Shown: positions 9,786 through 19,378, counted from the stretch's first letter. The stretch: 64,000 nucleotides of DNA from an uncultured Candidatus Saccharibacteria bacterium (GCA_965230955.1 OZ246404.1:161184-225183); one strand, 5' to 3'. The notes: generated from the letters alone by a model not told the origin. Translations and numbers: made by a program.

Positions 9786-11018
9786 ATGAAGAAAATAGTT
9801 TTATTGATTATCATTGCCTCGTCTGCTTTTGTGGGGATTTTGGTGTTTTTTCTGTTTTTCCGTTCGGCCGGTACTGTCCCGCCAGCCGGGAGCTCTGTCA
9901 CATCTGCGTCTGATTCTAGTAATCCAGCTTCGGGTCTTAATCGATTCCCGATTGATAGTCAATCCAATACGGCGGGGAGTACTGAGGAAATGCTGGTGGT
10001 GACGACGGAAAGCGCCTTGCGCGATCGTTTTGTCATGAAAAAAATCATAAACACAAAGACGGAGGGAGCGACGCTGTCGGCTGATGGAAACAGAATCCTA
10101 TACTACGATATTTTAGATCCGGTTTTGGCTTCGGTAAATTTTTTAGGAGCCGATCCCAGAGAATTGGCTGATTTGCCGAGTAATGTCGAAGAAATAATTT
10201 GGGCTCCCGATAAAGACAAGATAGTTTATCGTGACGATGCCGCCAATATTACGTATTTTGAAATTGCTGGCAAAAAAGAGAGAAGGCTGAACCCAAATAT
10301 AAAGAGCGTCGTTTTTACTTCCGATAGTCAAAAGATTTGCTACCAATATAGCAATGATAAAAATAGCCAAAAGACTATCAATATCGCGACTCCCGGCTTG
10401 GACCTGACCGATTTCAAAGTATTGGTACGTGGTCTCGGTGATTATCAATTACGATCGATTCCGATGACAACTAAGCTGGCTTATTTTTTAACGCCGAGTC
10501 TTAAACGCAGTTCCATCGCTTATTCTATAAATACTTCTGATGGAAATAGGGAGATTTTAGTGGGCGAGACACTTGGTTTAGACGCACGCTGGTCGCCTGA
10601 TGGGAAAAAGATGGTTTTTACCCAGCTGGTTGAAAATGGACGATTGGCTTTGTTGCTGGCGCCTAGCACGGGGCTAAATCCGTCGGATCTTAAACTGTAT
10701 ACTTACGTAGATAAAACGGCTTGGCATCCAAATGGTTCCGAAGTATATGTTGCCGAGCCGCAGCAGTGGGTTTCGCTTGAGGATTATTACTCCGGCAACG
10801 TCAAAACAAACGATATTCTGTATAAGGTGAATATAAACACTGGTGAAAAAACGGAATTACTGAATCTTTTCAATGTCGTCGGCTCTAAAGTCGATTTCAG
10901 AGATGGATTTTTCACGTCCGATGGAAAGATTCTTTTTTTCACCAACGCGGTTGATCAGTCTGTTTACATGATCGATGTTGAAGATGTTAATTTGACCGCC
11001 GCGGATAATATCAGATAA
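9786..11018 (+). CDS. Membrane-anchored secreted protein with a TolB/PD40-like beta-propeller repeat signature.
   Basis: N-terminal TM (MKKIVLLIIIASSAFVGILVFFLFF). Repeated W-x-PDG motifs (WAPDKDKIVY, WSPDGKKMVF, WHPNGSEVYV) typical of PD40/TolB-like blades. Confidence 0.55.
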   Translation: MKKIVLLIIIASSAFVGILVFFLFFRSAGTVPPAGSSVTSASDSSNPASGLNRFPIDSQSNTAGSTEEMLVVTTESALRDRFVMKKIINTKTEGATLSADGNRILYYDILDPVLASVNFLGADPRELADLPSNVEEIIWAPDKDKIVYRDDAANITYFEIAGKKERRLNPNIKSVVFTSDSQKICYQYSNDKNSQKTINIATPGLDLTDFKVLVRGLGDYQLRSIPMTTKLAYFLTPSLKRSSIAYSINTSDGNREILVGETLGLDARWSPDGKKMVFTQLVENGRLALLLAPSTGLNPSDLKLYTYVDKTAWHPNGSEVYVAEPQQWVSLEDYYSGNVKTNDILYKVNINTGEKTELLNLFNVVGSKVDFRDGFFTSDGKILFFTNAVDQSVYMIDVEDVNLTAADNIR

Positions 11019-11020
11019 TT

Positions 11021-12415
11021 ATGCCCAAACCCAAAACAACTTACGAGTGCACTAATTGCGGAGCGCAGTTCCCGGGCTGGCTCGGGCGCTGTACCGAATG
11101 CGGCGCTTGGAATACGGTTGAGGAAACCGCGGTTTTGCCGGAAAAACAAACGGCGACCGGCGCGTCCTATACGCCCAGCCGGCCGAGCCAAATGAGCAAG
11201 ATTGCTAGTGTCGGCTCCGAGGCCATGCTGACCGGGATCGGCGAGTTTGATCATGTTATCGGCGGGGGAATCATTCCCGGCGGAGTGATTTTGATCGGCG
11301 GCGATCCGGGGATCGGGAAATCGACTTTGGTGATGCAGATTTGTGCCGGATTCCTGAAAACCAATACCAGTAAAAAATTGCTCTATGTTTCCGGCGAGGA
11401 ATCGCTCGGCCAGATCAAGATGCGAGCGGATCGTATCGGCATCACCGGCGATTCAATCGAATTTTTGACCGAGACCGGCGTGGAATATATTATTTCGGTC
11501 ATTTCCAAACAAAAGCCCGCGCTGGTGGTGATCGATTCAATTCAGACCATGTATACGAATGAAGCGCCCGGGGGAGCCGGCAGTATTTCGCAGGTGCGGG
11601 GAGCTACCGGAAAACTCATGGAAGTGGCCAAGCGTTTCAATGTCGCGCTGATCTTGATCGGTCATGTGACCAAAGAAGGAGCCGTGGCCGGACCGCGCAC
11701 CTTGGAACATTTGGTTGATACCGTTTTATATCTCGAGGGCGATCGCTATCAGGCTTTCCGGATTTTGCGCGGAGTCAAGAATCGTTTCGGCTCGACCAAT
11801 GAAACCGGCGTGTTTGAAATGCGGGATGAGGGCTTGGTGGAAGTCAAAGATCCTTCGGGAATTTTCTTGCAAGAGCGCCTAACCGATGTTTCCGGCTCGG
11901 TGATCGGCGTGACGGTGGAAGGCAATCGGCCATTTTTGATCGAAGTTCAAGCGTTAACGACTACGACGCCTTTCGGCTATCCCAAACGAACTTCTTCCGG
12001 CATCGATTTTAATCGCTTGTCGCTTTTGATTGCCGTTCTGATGAAACGGGCGGGGCTGAATCTTTCTTCGCAAGACGTCTTTGTTAATATCGTCGGCGGT
12101 TTTCGGATCAAGGAACCGGCGGTTGATTTGGCCGTCTGCCTGGCTGTCGCCTCCGCTTTTCTGGACAAACCGATCGCTCCCCAAACGGTGGTGGTCGGCG
12201 AAGTTGGTTTGGCGGGCGATGTCCGCCCGGTCGCGCTGATGGATCGGCGGGTAATGGAAGCGTCGAAACTCGGTTTCACCACGATTCTGGTGCCAAAAAT
12301 GGCCAATGGCAATCTCAAAGTTCAAAATAACGGCAACAGCAAATTGGTGCCGGTGGCGAATTTGACCGAGGCGATCACGGCCGTGCTGGGACCGGTAAAA
12401 CGGTACCGCAAATAA
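11021..12415 (+). CDS. radA: DNA repair protein RadA/Sms
   Basis: N-terminal C4 zinc finger (CTNCGAQFPGWLGRCTECGAW), Walker A GDPGIGKST, KNRFG motif, and a Lon-like C-terminal domain. Confidence 0.95.
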   Translation: MPKPKTTYECTNCGAQFPGWLGRCTECGAWNTVEETAVLPEKQTATGASYTPSRPSQMSKIASVGSEAMLTGIGEFDHVIGGGIIPGGVILIGGDPGIGKSTLVMQICAGFLKTNTSKKLLYVSGEESLGQIKMRADRIGITGDSIEFLTETGVEYIISVISKQKPALVVIDSIQTMYTNEAPGGAGSISQVRGATGKLMEVAKRFNVALILIGHVTKEGAVAGPRTLEHLVDTVLYLEGDRYQAFRILRGVKNRFGSTNETGVFEMRDEGLVEVKDPSGIFLQERLTDVSGSVIGVTVEGNRPFLIEVQALTTTTPFGYPKRTSSGIDFNRLSLLIAVLMKRAGLNLSSQDVFVNIVGGFRIKEPAVDLAVCLAVASAFLDKPIAPQTVVVGEVGLAGDVRPVALMDRRVMEASKLGFTTILVPKMANGNLKVQNNGNSKLVPVANLTEAITAVLGPVKRYRK

Positions 12416-12979
12416 ATGGCCCGCCTGCCCCGAAAATTTTACGAACGTTCGACTCTAAAAGTTGCTCCGGAGTTACTGGGGCATTTTTTAGTGAGACAAG
12501 GAACAGGTAACAAGGAACAAGTAACAAAAAGGAAAACGATAATTACGGATGTGGAGGCGTATGTGGGAGAGGGGGATCCGGCTTGCCATGCCAGTCGGGG
12601 ACAGACCGAGCGCAACAAAATTATGTATGGCCGGGCCGGCCACGCTTACGTTTATTTTATTTATGGAATGTATCACTGTTTGAATGTGGTTACGGAGAGG
12701 GAAGGTTTTCCGGCGGCAGTGCTAATACGCGGCGTAAGTAACAAGGAACAGGGAACAAGTAACAAAAGGGAAATATTAAATGGCCCGGGGAAGTTGTGTC
12801 GGGAACTGAGGATAACTAAGGGGCTAAATGGTACTGATTTAGTTATGGGGCAAGAACTGTGGATCGAAAAAAATCCCGAGCGAAATAATTTTTTACGATC
12901 TCGCAAAATCAAAAAAACCCCGCGCGTCGGTATTAGCGCGGGGCGAGATAAATTGTGGCGCTGGGTGATCGAATCGTAG
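12416..12979 (+). CDS. mpg: DNA-3-methyladenine glycosylase (Mpg/AAG family)
   Basis: Motifs VEAYVGEGDPACHASRGQTERNKIMYGRAGHAYVYFIYGMYHCLNVV...AAVLIRG...NGPGKLC. Two loop regions are encoded by GTAACAAG-type repeat DNA (see findings). Confidence 0.85.
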   Translation: MARLPRKFYERSTLKVAPELLGHFLVRQGTGNKEQVTKRKTIITDVEAYVGEGDPACHASRGQTERNKIMYGRAGHAYVYFIYGMYHCLNVVTEREGFPAAVLIRGVSNKEQGTSNKREILNGPGKLCRELRITKGLNGTDLVMGQELWIEKNPERNNFLRSRKIKKTPRVGISAGRDKLWRWVIES

Positions 12980-12983
12980 CGAG

Positions 12984-13355
12984 TCAGCCGGCAGGTTCTT
13001 TGGTCTGGCGACGTTTGGCCAGGGCGCAGTCCGCACAGATAGTGGTTGTCGGCGCTTTTAACAGGCGAGTCAGGCCGATGGGTCGGGCGCATTGATGACA
13101 TTGATCATCAAATGTGCCGGTCTGAATTTGATGGATCCTGGCGTAGAGGCGGAGAAGTTTTTGCGACAATCTCGCCAGCTTGGTCCGGTTTGTTTCCTCG
13201 GGGTAAATCGCGATTTCCGTGGTGGCAGCGTTTTGGTCGGCCTCAACCTTCGGTGATAGAGGGGGACGGAGCTGGTTTAGAAGTTCGATCTCGGCGGCGA
13301 GGTCGAACTTTTTATTCCGGAGCACTGCTAACAAGTTTTGCCAATTTCCCTCCAT
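12984..13355 (-). CDS. DksA/TraR-family C4 zinc-finger protein
   Basis: Coiled-coil N-terminus and a C-terminal CxxC...CxxC (CHQCARPIG...CADCA) in the arrangement typical of the DksA/TraR family. Confidence 0.6.
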   Translation of the reverse strand: MEGNWQNLLAVLRNKKFDLAAEIELLNQLRPPLSPKVEADQNAATTEIAIYPEETNRTKLARLSQKLLRLYARIHQIQTGTFDDQCHQCARPIGLTRLLKAPTTTICADCALAKRRQTKEPAG

Positions 13356-13478
13356 AAATATCCTCCTTTCTGTCTTCGGTTCTCTTTGATTAGTAGGATC
13401 CTAGCAGTAGGTATAAAAACAGTCAATAAAAAAACAGAGAAGCATGCTTCTCTGTTTTGCGTCTGGATGGTCCTCCGT

Positions 13479-13824
13479 CTACATTTCCGGCGAGGTGCGT
13501 CCGCCGGTGTGCCTGGCGAAATTTACGTTCTTTTGATGCCCGATCGAAGGTCTCCCAGTGCCTGTCGGTTTATTCTTGCAGGTTTCGCACAGGCTTGTTC
13601 CACGGTGGACGGTGGTGTTTTTTTTGAGGGTCAGAAATTCTTCCAGTAATTTCGACCCTGTGTCAACACCTTGTTTGTGCCGTTCCGCTGAGCAAAAATC
13701 GCAGATCGTTTGTTGGCGATAACCCAGTTTCCGAATCTCTGCAACCATCTCTTCTTCGCCCATTTGCACCTTTTCTTGCGCACTTTTTTTCGCACTTCCT
13801 TTCGCGCGTACTTCTGATGCCATC
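13479..13824 (-). CDS. Hypothetical small zinc-ribbon protein (CDFC...CETC)
   Basis: Strong RBS (GGAGG 6 nt upstream of ATG at 13824, minus strand). Two CxxC pairs. A bidirectional terminator lies downstream at about 13428..13459. Confidence 0.5.
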
Positions 13825-13987
13825 CTATGCCTCCTAGATAGTATGAAATTTTTCCACCCCAGCCCTCCGTACAATGGCTAGATAATAGCAAGTCTATTGG
13901 TTTTGTCAAGCCTCTTTAACAAATGCCGGCTGTGAATAAATGACAAAATAAAACACCCGCCGGAGCAGGTGTTGAACGAAACATTGT

Positions 13988-14257
13988 TTAGATCTCGATT
14001 CCTCGTTTTATGACCAGTTTCACGATTGGATTGTCGCTGATCGCGGACCCGTCCGGAAAGCTGACGGCCTCTTTTATATCTTCCTTGAGAAAATGTGCCA
14101 GAGCAACTCGGGAAATGTCCTGATCCGTGAGATTTCCCGGATTTGCCTGAAACAAACGCGCCATTTCACTTTCCGTAAGACGTCTGGGGCGCGTTCGAGC
14201 CTTGTACACGAGTTCTGCCAACGATGGTTTGGGGGTGCATTTTCTGCCCGATTTCAA
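13988..14257 (-). CDS. Hypothetical small protein (about 90 aa). Likely TTG start after an AAGGAGG RBS.
   Basis: AAGGAGG followed by a 6-nt spacer and TTG on the minus strand at 14257. The longer ORF extension reported by the finder (to 14365) has no RBS. Confidence 0.4.
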   Translation of the reverse strand: MKSGRKCTPKPSLAELVYKARTRPRRLTESEMARLFQANPGNLTDQDISRVALAHFLKEDIKEAVSFPDGSAISDNPIVKLVIKRGIEI

Positions 14258-14392
14258 TGAAGACCTCCTTGGGTTTGGATATACTGCCCTGGGCGGTATA
14301 TCGTGATGAAACATTCCCTCACAGATCAATGGCCAGAGGATACCGAAAAAAATCATAATTGTCAAGGCTAGCTAACAAACTTGATAATTGAA

Positions 14393-16456
14393 CTACTCCC
14401 AATGTATTTTCTTTTGCCAGGCGGCGCTTTTTTCTTTGAGTAGTGGATACTTGTTCAGCCCTTCCGCGATTAGTTGAGCGGCTTCCGCGCGGGCGGATTT
14501 TATCAAGGGCAAGTCGGTCAGGCTGGCCACTTTGAGGTCGGGAAAACCTGATTGTCGGGTGCCGAAGACATCGCCCGGTCCGCGTTGTTGCAAGTCTTGT
14601 TCCGCCAGGGCGAAGCCGTCTCGGCTTTTGACCAGGGTTTCCAGACGTTTTTTCGTATTGTCGGTGTTGGAATCGGTAAAAAGAAAACAATAAGATTGGT
14701 GCGCGCCTCGACCGACGCGTCCGCGGAACTGGTGCAGTTGCGCCAGTCCAAATCGGTCGGCTCCTTCGATGAGCATGACCGTGGCGTTCGGCACGTCGAC
14801 GCCGACTTCGACCACGGCCGTCGCTACCAGAATGTCGGTTTTACCGGCGACGAAATTCTTCATTGCCCGGTTTTTTATTTCCGGTTTTAATTGTCCGTGG
14901 AGTAGGCCGATTTTCAGATCGGGGAAAATTTGCCGGCTTAATTTTTCTTGCTCCCGAGTGGCGGCGTGCGCGCCCAGCTTGTCTGATTCTTCGATCAGGG
15001 GGCAGATGACAAATGCCTGACGTCCGGCTTTTATTTCGCTTCTGATAAAGTCATACGCCCCGGAGCGTTTGGCCGGGGGAACGTAAAATGTCTTGATTAA
15101 CCGGCGTTCTTTGGGCATCTCATTGAGCAGTGAGATATCCAGATCGCCGTAAAGCGTAAGTGACAGGGTGCGGGGGATCGGGGTGGCGGTCATGGAGAGG
15201 AAGTGGGGAATTTGATCGGGAGTTTTGTCGTGGAGTGCCTGGCGTTGTTTGACGCCGAAGCGGTGCTGTTCGTCGACAATTACCAAAGCCAGATCGCGAT
15301 AGTTTACTTTGTCTTGGATGAGTGCGTGAGTGCCGATGATGATATCGATCGCTCCGCGGCTGGCCGAAGTGCGAATCCGCGGGGCGTCGCTGATCTGGCC
15401 GCGCCGGGCGGTTTTCTGATAAGCACCCGTCATCAGGCCGACAGTCACCTCGTATTTGGCGAAAAGTTTGGCCAGTTTCTCGAAATGCTGATAGGCCAAG
15501 ACTTCGGTCGGAGCCATCAATACGCCTTGCTTTTCAGTCCGCGCCACTTCCAGCAGGGCGAGCGCCGCCACGACTGTTTTGCCGGAGCCGACGTCGCCTT
15601 CGAGCAGGCGATTCATCGGCGTCTTTTTCTCGAGATCCTGCAAAATTTCCCAGGCGGAGTTTTTTTGGGCGGTGGTCAGTTCAAAGGGCAGAGAGGCGAC
15701 AAAATTACGAACAAAAGTTTTCTGGAAGGGAATAGCTGGCGCGCTATATTGCTGGAGTTCTTTCTTTTTTTTCAGGGCGATGATTTGGAGCAAAAATAAT
15801 TCGTCAAAGGCCAGGCGTTTTTTGGCCGCTTTTTGACTGGCCAAGGAATCGGGGAAGTGGATTTGCGAGAGAGCTTCGGATAGCGCCGGGAGTTTTTGGC
15901 GTTTTTTTATTTGTTCGGGCAGCCAGTCGTGGAGGCGGGCGGTAAAAGGCAAAACTTGCTTGATCAAAAAACGGAGGAATTTTGAGGTCAGTTTCCCGCT
16001 CAGCGGATAAATCGGGACAATCCGGGCGGCGTGAGTGGTGTCGGCTTTGACCGGCTCGGCGTTCGGGCTGATCAATTGCAATCCGCGGGGGCCGAGCTGG
16101 GTTTTGCCGGTGAAATAATATTCGCGCCCGGGCTCGAGTGATTTCATCAGATAGGGCTGATTAAACCAGACTGCGGGTAGGGAGTTTGCACCGTCGGTGA
16201 TTATACCTTCCGTGATAGTCATTCGGCGGCGATGGGCGCTTTTGTTGGCAATGGTTTGAAGTATCGCCCGCACGGTGACGAGGGAATTCGGCTGGAGCTG
16301 ATTAAGCTTTGTTATTTTTGACAAATCCTGATAGCCGGCGGGCATGTGCCAGAGCAGATCCGTGATAGAGTAAATCCCGAGATTATGAAAATACCGTTCG
16401 GTGGCAGGGCCGACTTTGGGCAGAGTGCTTATGGGATCGGATAATTTAATAGCCAT
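14393..16456 (-). CDS. recG: ATP-dependent DNA helicase RecG
   Basis: Wedge domain plus superfamily 2 helicase motifs (GDVGSGKTVVA, DEQHRFG, TATPIPRTL). Confidence 0.95.
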   Translation of the reverse strand: MAIKLSDPISTLPKVGPATERYFHNLGIYSITDLLWHMPAGYQDLSKITKLNQLQPNSLVTVRAILQTIANKSAHRRRMTITEGIITDGANSLPAVWFNQPYLMKSLEPGREYYFTGKTQLGPRGLQLISPNAEPVKADTTHAARIVPIYPLSGKLTSKFLRFLIKQVLPFTARLHDWLPEQIKKRQKLPALSEALSQIHFPDSLASQKAAKKRLAFDELFLLQIIALKKKKELQQYSAPAIPFQKTFVRNFVASLPFELTTAQKNSAWEILQDLEKKTPMNRLLEGDVGSGKTVVAALALLEVARTEKQGVLMAPTEVLAYQHFEKLAKLFAKYEVTVGLMTGAYQKTARRGQISDAPRIRTSASRGAIDIIIGTHALIQDKVNYRDLALVIVDEQHRFGVKQRQALHDKTPDQIPHFLSMTATPIPRTLSLTLYGDLDISLLNEMPKERRLIKTFYVPPAKRSGAYDFIRSEIKAGRQAFVICPLIEESDKLGAHAATREQEKLSRQIFPDLKIGLLHGQLKPEIKNRAMKNFVAGKTDILVATAVVEVGVDVPNATVMLIEGADRFGLAQLHQFRGRVGRGAHQSYCFLFTDSNTDNTKKRLETLVKSRDGFALAEQDLQQRGPGDVFGTRQSGFPDLKVASLTDLPLIKSARAEAAQLIAEGLNKYPLLKEKSAAWQKKIHWE

Positions 16457-16561
16457 AATGATAGTTTAGCAGGGGAGAGATAAGACGTAAAATAATAAGA
16501 ACGTGGAATAATAAAAAAATAACCCCTCGAGATGAATCTCGAAGGGTAGATGGTGGGGGGA

Positions 16562-16807
16562 TCATGATGAGGGGTGAGAGCGAAAAACTGCAATTGAGAC
16601 GAAAAACCAAATGACGGCAGCGTAGGGAGAAAAGGAACTCCCCCCGCTTATGGCGACATAGGTCCAGCCGATGGAAGCGATTATGCCCGCGAAAGTCACA
16701 AGTAGTTTTGTATGCACGCTTCGACAGCGGATGAATAGTATCAGTATGCCTAAGCCAAAAGCTGAAAGCCCGAAGGTAATGATATCTTTGAATTCTATCA
16801 TATTCAT
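16562..16807 (-). CDS. Small integral membrane protein (81 aa)
   Basis: GGAGGG RBS upstream of ATG. Two predicted TM helices. Confidence 0.55.
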   Translation of the reverse strand: MNMIEFKDIITFGLSAFGLGILILFIRCRSVHTKLLVTFAGIIASIGWTYVAISGGSSFSPYAAVIWFFVSIAVFRSHPSS

Positions 16808-16991
16808 TTTAAACCCTCCTATGGTGTTGTCAGTTTAGCATGATTTTTTTTTGTGTCAAATATGTTGAAAACAAAAAACCGCCCTTTGATTCGCGGGGCC
16901 GTTTTGATATTAGTCTTTTAACTTTAATTTTTTTTGGATTTACGATTTTGAATTTTGGGTTTCCACCGCCGCCATTAGGCGGCGTGTGGGC

Positions 16992-17068
16992 TGGTGACCT
17001 CGGCAGGACTCGAACCTGCGATCTCAAGCTCCGCAAGCTTGCGCTTTATCCAGCTAAGCTACGAGGCC
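16992..17068 (-). tRNA. tRNA-Arg, with the anticodon read as GCG from the sequence.
   Basis: The minus strand folds as a cloverleaf. Acceptor GGCCTCG/CGAGGTC, D-loop AGCTGGATA with A20, anticodon stem CAAGC/GCTTG with loop TTGCGGA, T-arm GCAGG-TTCGAGT-CCTGC, and a 3' ACCA. Confidence 0.75.
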
Positions 17069-17182
17069 CTACCCCGCCAAGGGCGGGAAAATCCAAAACT
17101 CAAAATCTAAAGTTCAAAGGAAGTTCAAAGCAAAAACATAAATCACTAAATGAGTTTAGCGGATATAATGGGAAATTGCAAG

Positions 17183-17815
17183 CTAGAAGCGGATGCGGCG
17201 GGTAAAATGATCTACGGCGCCTTCTTCTAATTTTTCATCTTCCGGTAATTCTTCTATCAAGACTCTGCGCATTTCCACCGGATCCTGGTCGGTCAGAATG
17301 ATGCTGAGTTTCGGTATCGTCAGGTATTTTGTCCCGATATTTAAAAACTTCAAGTGCGGCGGCTCATAGGTAATCCAGAAACCGCGCAGATCTTCATAAG
17401 GAAAGAATCGATCGTGATACTGTATGCCGCGGTCGGTAATTGCGATATTCATCGTGACGGGCTTTTTTTGAGCGTAGAGGTAGAAAATCGCGCCGGCGAC
17501 AAAAAAAGCGATCCCCATCAAAAAGCTTTTGGAGAAAATCGCGAAGGCGATTAGCGCAGCAAAAATAATCACAACGACCAAATACCAGGTGCGTGATTTT
17601 TCGTAGTAAACGAATTCCGGCGCTTGCCACTTCATGAAAACCTTATCTGGACGGAAGTTTTTCTTGCGCTCGGCTTCCATTTCGCTTATTGTACCTGGCG
17701 TGCTGTTTTCCGGCGGATTGACGTTTGTCCCGGCGGGGATAACGGTTTTGGGGTCGCGCATTACTGCTTTGCGATGAGCGCGCAGTGCTTGTTGTTTTGT
17801 TTCTTCATCATTCAT
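17183..17815 (-). CDS. Hypothetical membrane protein (210 aa)
   Basis: Long ORF with two central TM helices. TATAAT lies immediately upstream of the ATG, so the mRNA may be leaderless. Confidence 0.5.
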   Translation of the reverse strand: MNDEETKQQALRAHRKAVMRDPKTVIPAGTNVNPPENSTPGTISEMEAERKKNFRPDKVFMKWQAPEFVYYEKSRTWYLVVVIIFAALIAFAIFSKSFLMGIAFFVAGAIFYLYAQKKPVTMNIAITDRGIQYHDRFFPYEDLRGFWITYEPPHLKFLNIGTKYLTIPKLSIILTDQDPVEMRRVLIEELPEDEKLEEGAVDHFTRRIRF

Positions 17816-17921
17816 ATGAAAAGATTATAGCATACAATTCTGTTTGGCCATAGGCTTGACGTTGTGGTCTTAAAATGCTAGTTTCATTTGACCGGCTAAA
17901 CAATTTGCCAAGGAGGAAGCT

Positions 17922-18470
17922 ATGAAAAAGCCGTTCTATTTGGGTGTTTTTCTGCTTGTGGTGCTGGGAATCGTGGCGATTGCCGCCGAGCCTAAATTGG
18001 AGGTCAAGGGCGAGGTAACGCGGGAATCATACAATAACATGGGACTGGGAGGGGGGATGACTTTACCGGTGGCCTACCATGTCAAAGTCACTGTCAAAAA
18101 TCTCGGGCCGGAATTTTCTTGCGATACCGTTTTGGGGAGATTTGCTCCGATGCGTGGAAAAGAGCTCAATTGCGTGTCCTCCAAAGTTGATCCCAATGAT
18201 CCCGGTGGTGAGAAAACAATCCCCTGGAAGTTTGCGACCGGACAACCATTGGAGTTTGAGTTTTCGACCAATGGTTATACCCAATCATTGCTCAATTTTT
18301 CCGGTAGCGAACCTTTGCAGTTTCATTTACTTCTGGGTTTGCTGGGGGAAAAACAAGCGGTGATGTATACGGCTGATTTGCCGCCATTAAAAGATCTGCC
18401 GATGTACGAACTGACTCTGGTGGGCGAAGCCAAGGCTCTGCCGTTAATTTTACAAAACAAGCCCCGCTGA
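17922..18470 (+). CDS. Hypothetical secreted protein (signal peptide)
   Basis: AAGGAGG RBS. N-terminal signal peptide MKKPFYLGVFLLVVLGIVAIAA. Confidence 0.6.
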   Translation: MKKPFYLGVFLLVVLGIVAIAAEPKLEVKGEVTRESYNNMGLGGGMTLPVAYHVKVTVKNLGPEFSCDTVLGRFAPMRGKELNCVSSKVDPNDPGGEKTIPWKFATGQPLEFEFSTNGYTQSLLNFSGSEPLQFHLLLGLLGEKQAVMYTADLPPLKDLPMYELTLVGEAKALPLILQNKPR

Positions 18471-18490
18471 GCAGGCGAAATTCAGCAAGC

Positions 18491-18523
18491 AAAAGAGGAT
18501 GAGTAAAATCATCCTCTTTTTTC
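18491..18523. terminator. Bidirectional Rho-independent terminator between convergent genes
   Basis: AAGAGGATGAGTAAAATCATCCTCTT hairpin flanked by an A-run and a T-run. Confidence 0.6.
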
Positions 18524-18552
18524 ATAGGGACAAGTGAGTGATTTGTTGGCTC

Positions 18553-19020
18553 TCAGTCTGGTTTGGGCACTGGGCCGAGTTGTGCTTGCTTGAGTCGCCG
18601 CAATCTCCTCTTCTGGAGCGAATTGATAAACAGGATAACCAGGAGGCTGGTGATAATGGCGACGATGGCGTAGGGGATAGTGGAATTGTATATCTCGGTT
18701 TGCAGAGCATGGTTTTCGACCATGTTCTTTTTGATAAAAATGTAATCGTCGAGTACCAGTCCGGTGCCGATAGCGGCAACAATCAAATAGAAATCGTGAT
18801 GTTCCTGGTTACCGAAAAGCAAAAGGAGCACGGCGATTATCAACATGATAATTCCATAATCGAAGTGATGCAGTTCGAATCCCAGGAGGACTGGATTGGG
18901 ATTGTAAAATTGGACCGAGAGGCGAACAAAAAGAACCGTCGCCAGCATGATTAGGGAAAAGAATAAAATATGATGGTGGGTTCTGAAATTGCCGATTTTT
19001 TTTAATAGGCCGTCTGCCAT
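18553..19020 (-). CDS. Hypothetical polytopic membrane protein (155 aa)
   Basis: Four predicted TM helices. The ORF lies in a region free of other candidate genes. Confidence 0.5.
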   Translation of the reverse strand: MADGLLKKIGNFRTHHHILFFSLIMLATVLFVRLSVQFYNPNPVLLGFELHHFDYGIIMLIIAVLLLLFGNQEHHDFYLIVAAIGTGLVLDDYIFIKKNMVENHALQTEIYNSTIPYAIVAIITSLLVILFINSLQKRRLRRLKQAQLGPVPKPD

Positions 19021-19086
19021 AGGAGAATTGTTTTAAAGTATTGTGTACTGCCGCTATTTTTGAAAATTTGCGTAGAGGGTGAGATT

Positions 19087-19126
19087 CGCCCGGTCATTCG
19101 GCCGGGCGCCGGGTCGAATGACCCGG
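19087..19126 (-). repeat. 40-nt GC-rich hairpin element (copy 1). It is inserted at the TTCG^AATC position of a partial tRNA-Ser(TGA) 3'-end copy.
   Basis: CCGGGTCATTCGACCCGGCGCCCGGCCGAATGACCGGGCG on the minus strand. It is preceded by TGGTTCG and followed by AATCTCACCCTCTACGC, a copy of the tRNA 3' end. Confidence 0.7.
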
Positions 19127-19133
19127 CGAACCA

Positions 19134-19223
19134 TGGCGGAGAGGGTGAGATTCGAACTCACGAGGCCCCGAAGGACCTGCCGGTTTTCAAGACCGGTGCC
19201 TTAGACCACTCAGCCACCTCTCC
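19134..19223 (-). tRNA. tRNA-Ser(TGA)
   Basis: Acceptor GGAGAGG/CCTCTCC, anticodon stem CCGGT/ACCGG with loop CTTGAAA, a long variable arm, T-arm GTGAG-TTCGAAT-CTCAC, and a 3' GCCA. Confidence 0.9.
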
Positions 19224-19378
19224 GGGAAAATTCAAAAATAAAAGCTAAAAATCTAAAAGAGTACTAAAATCTAAAAATTAAATACTTTAATATTTAGATT
19301 TTAAATTTTTTTTTAAACTTTTAAGCTTTAATTTTTAAAGCTTCGCCTATGGCGGGTCATGGCGGAGAGTAGAGGATT

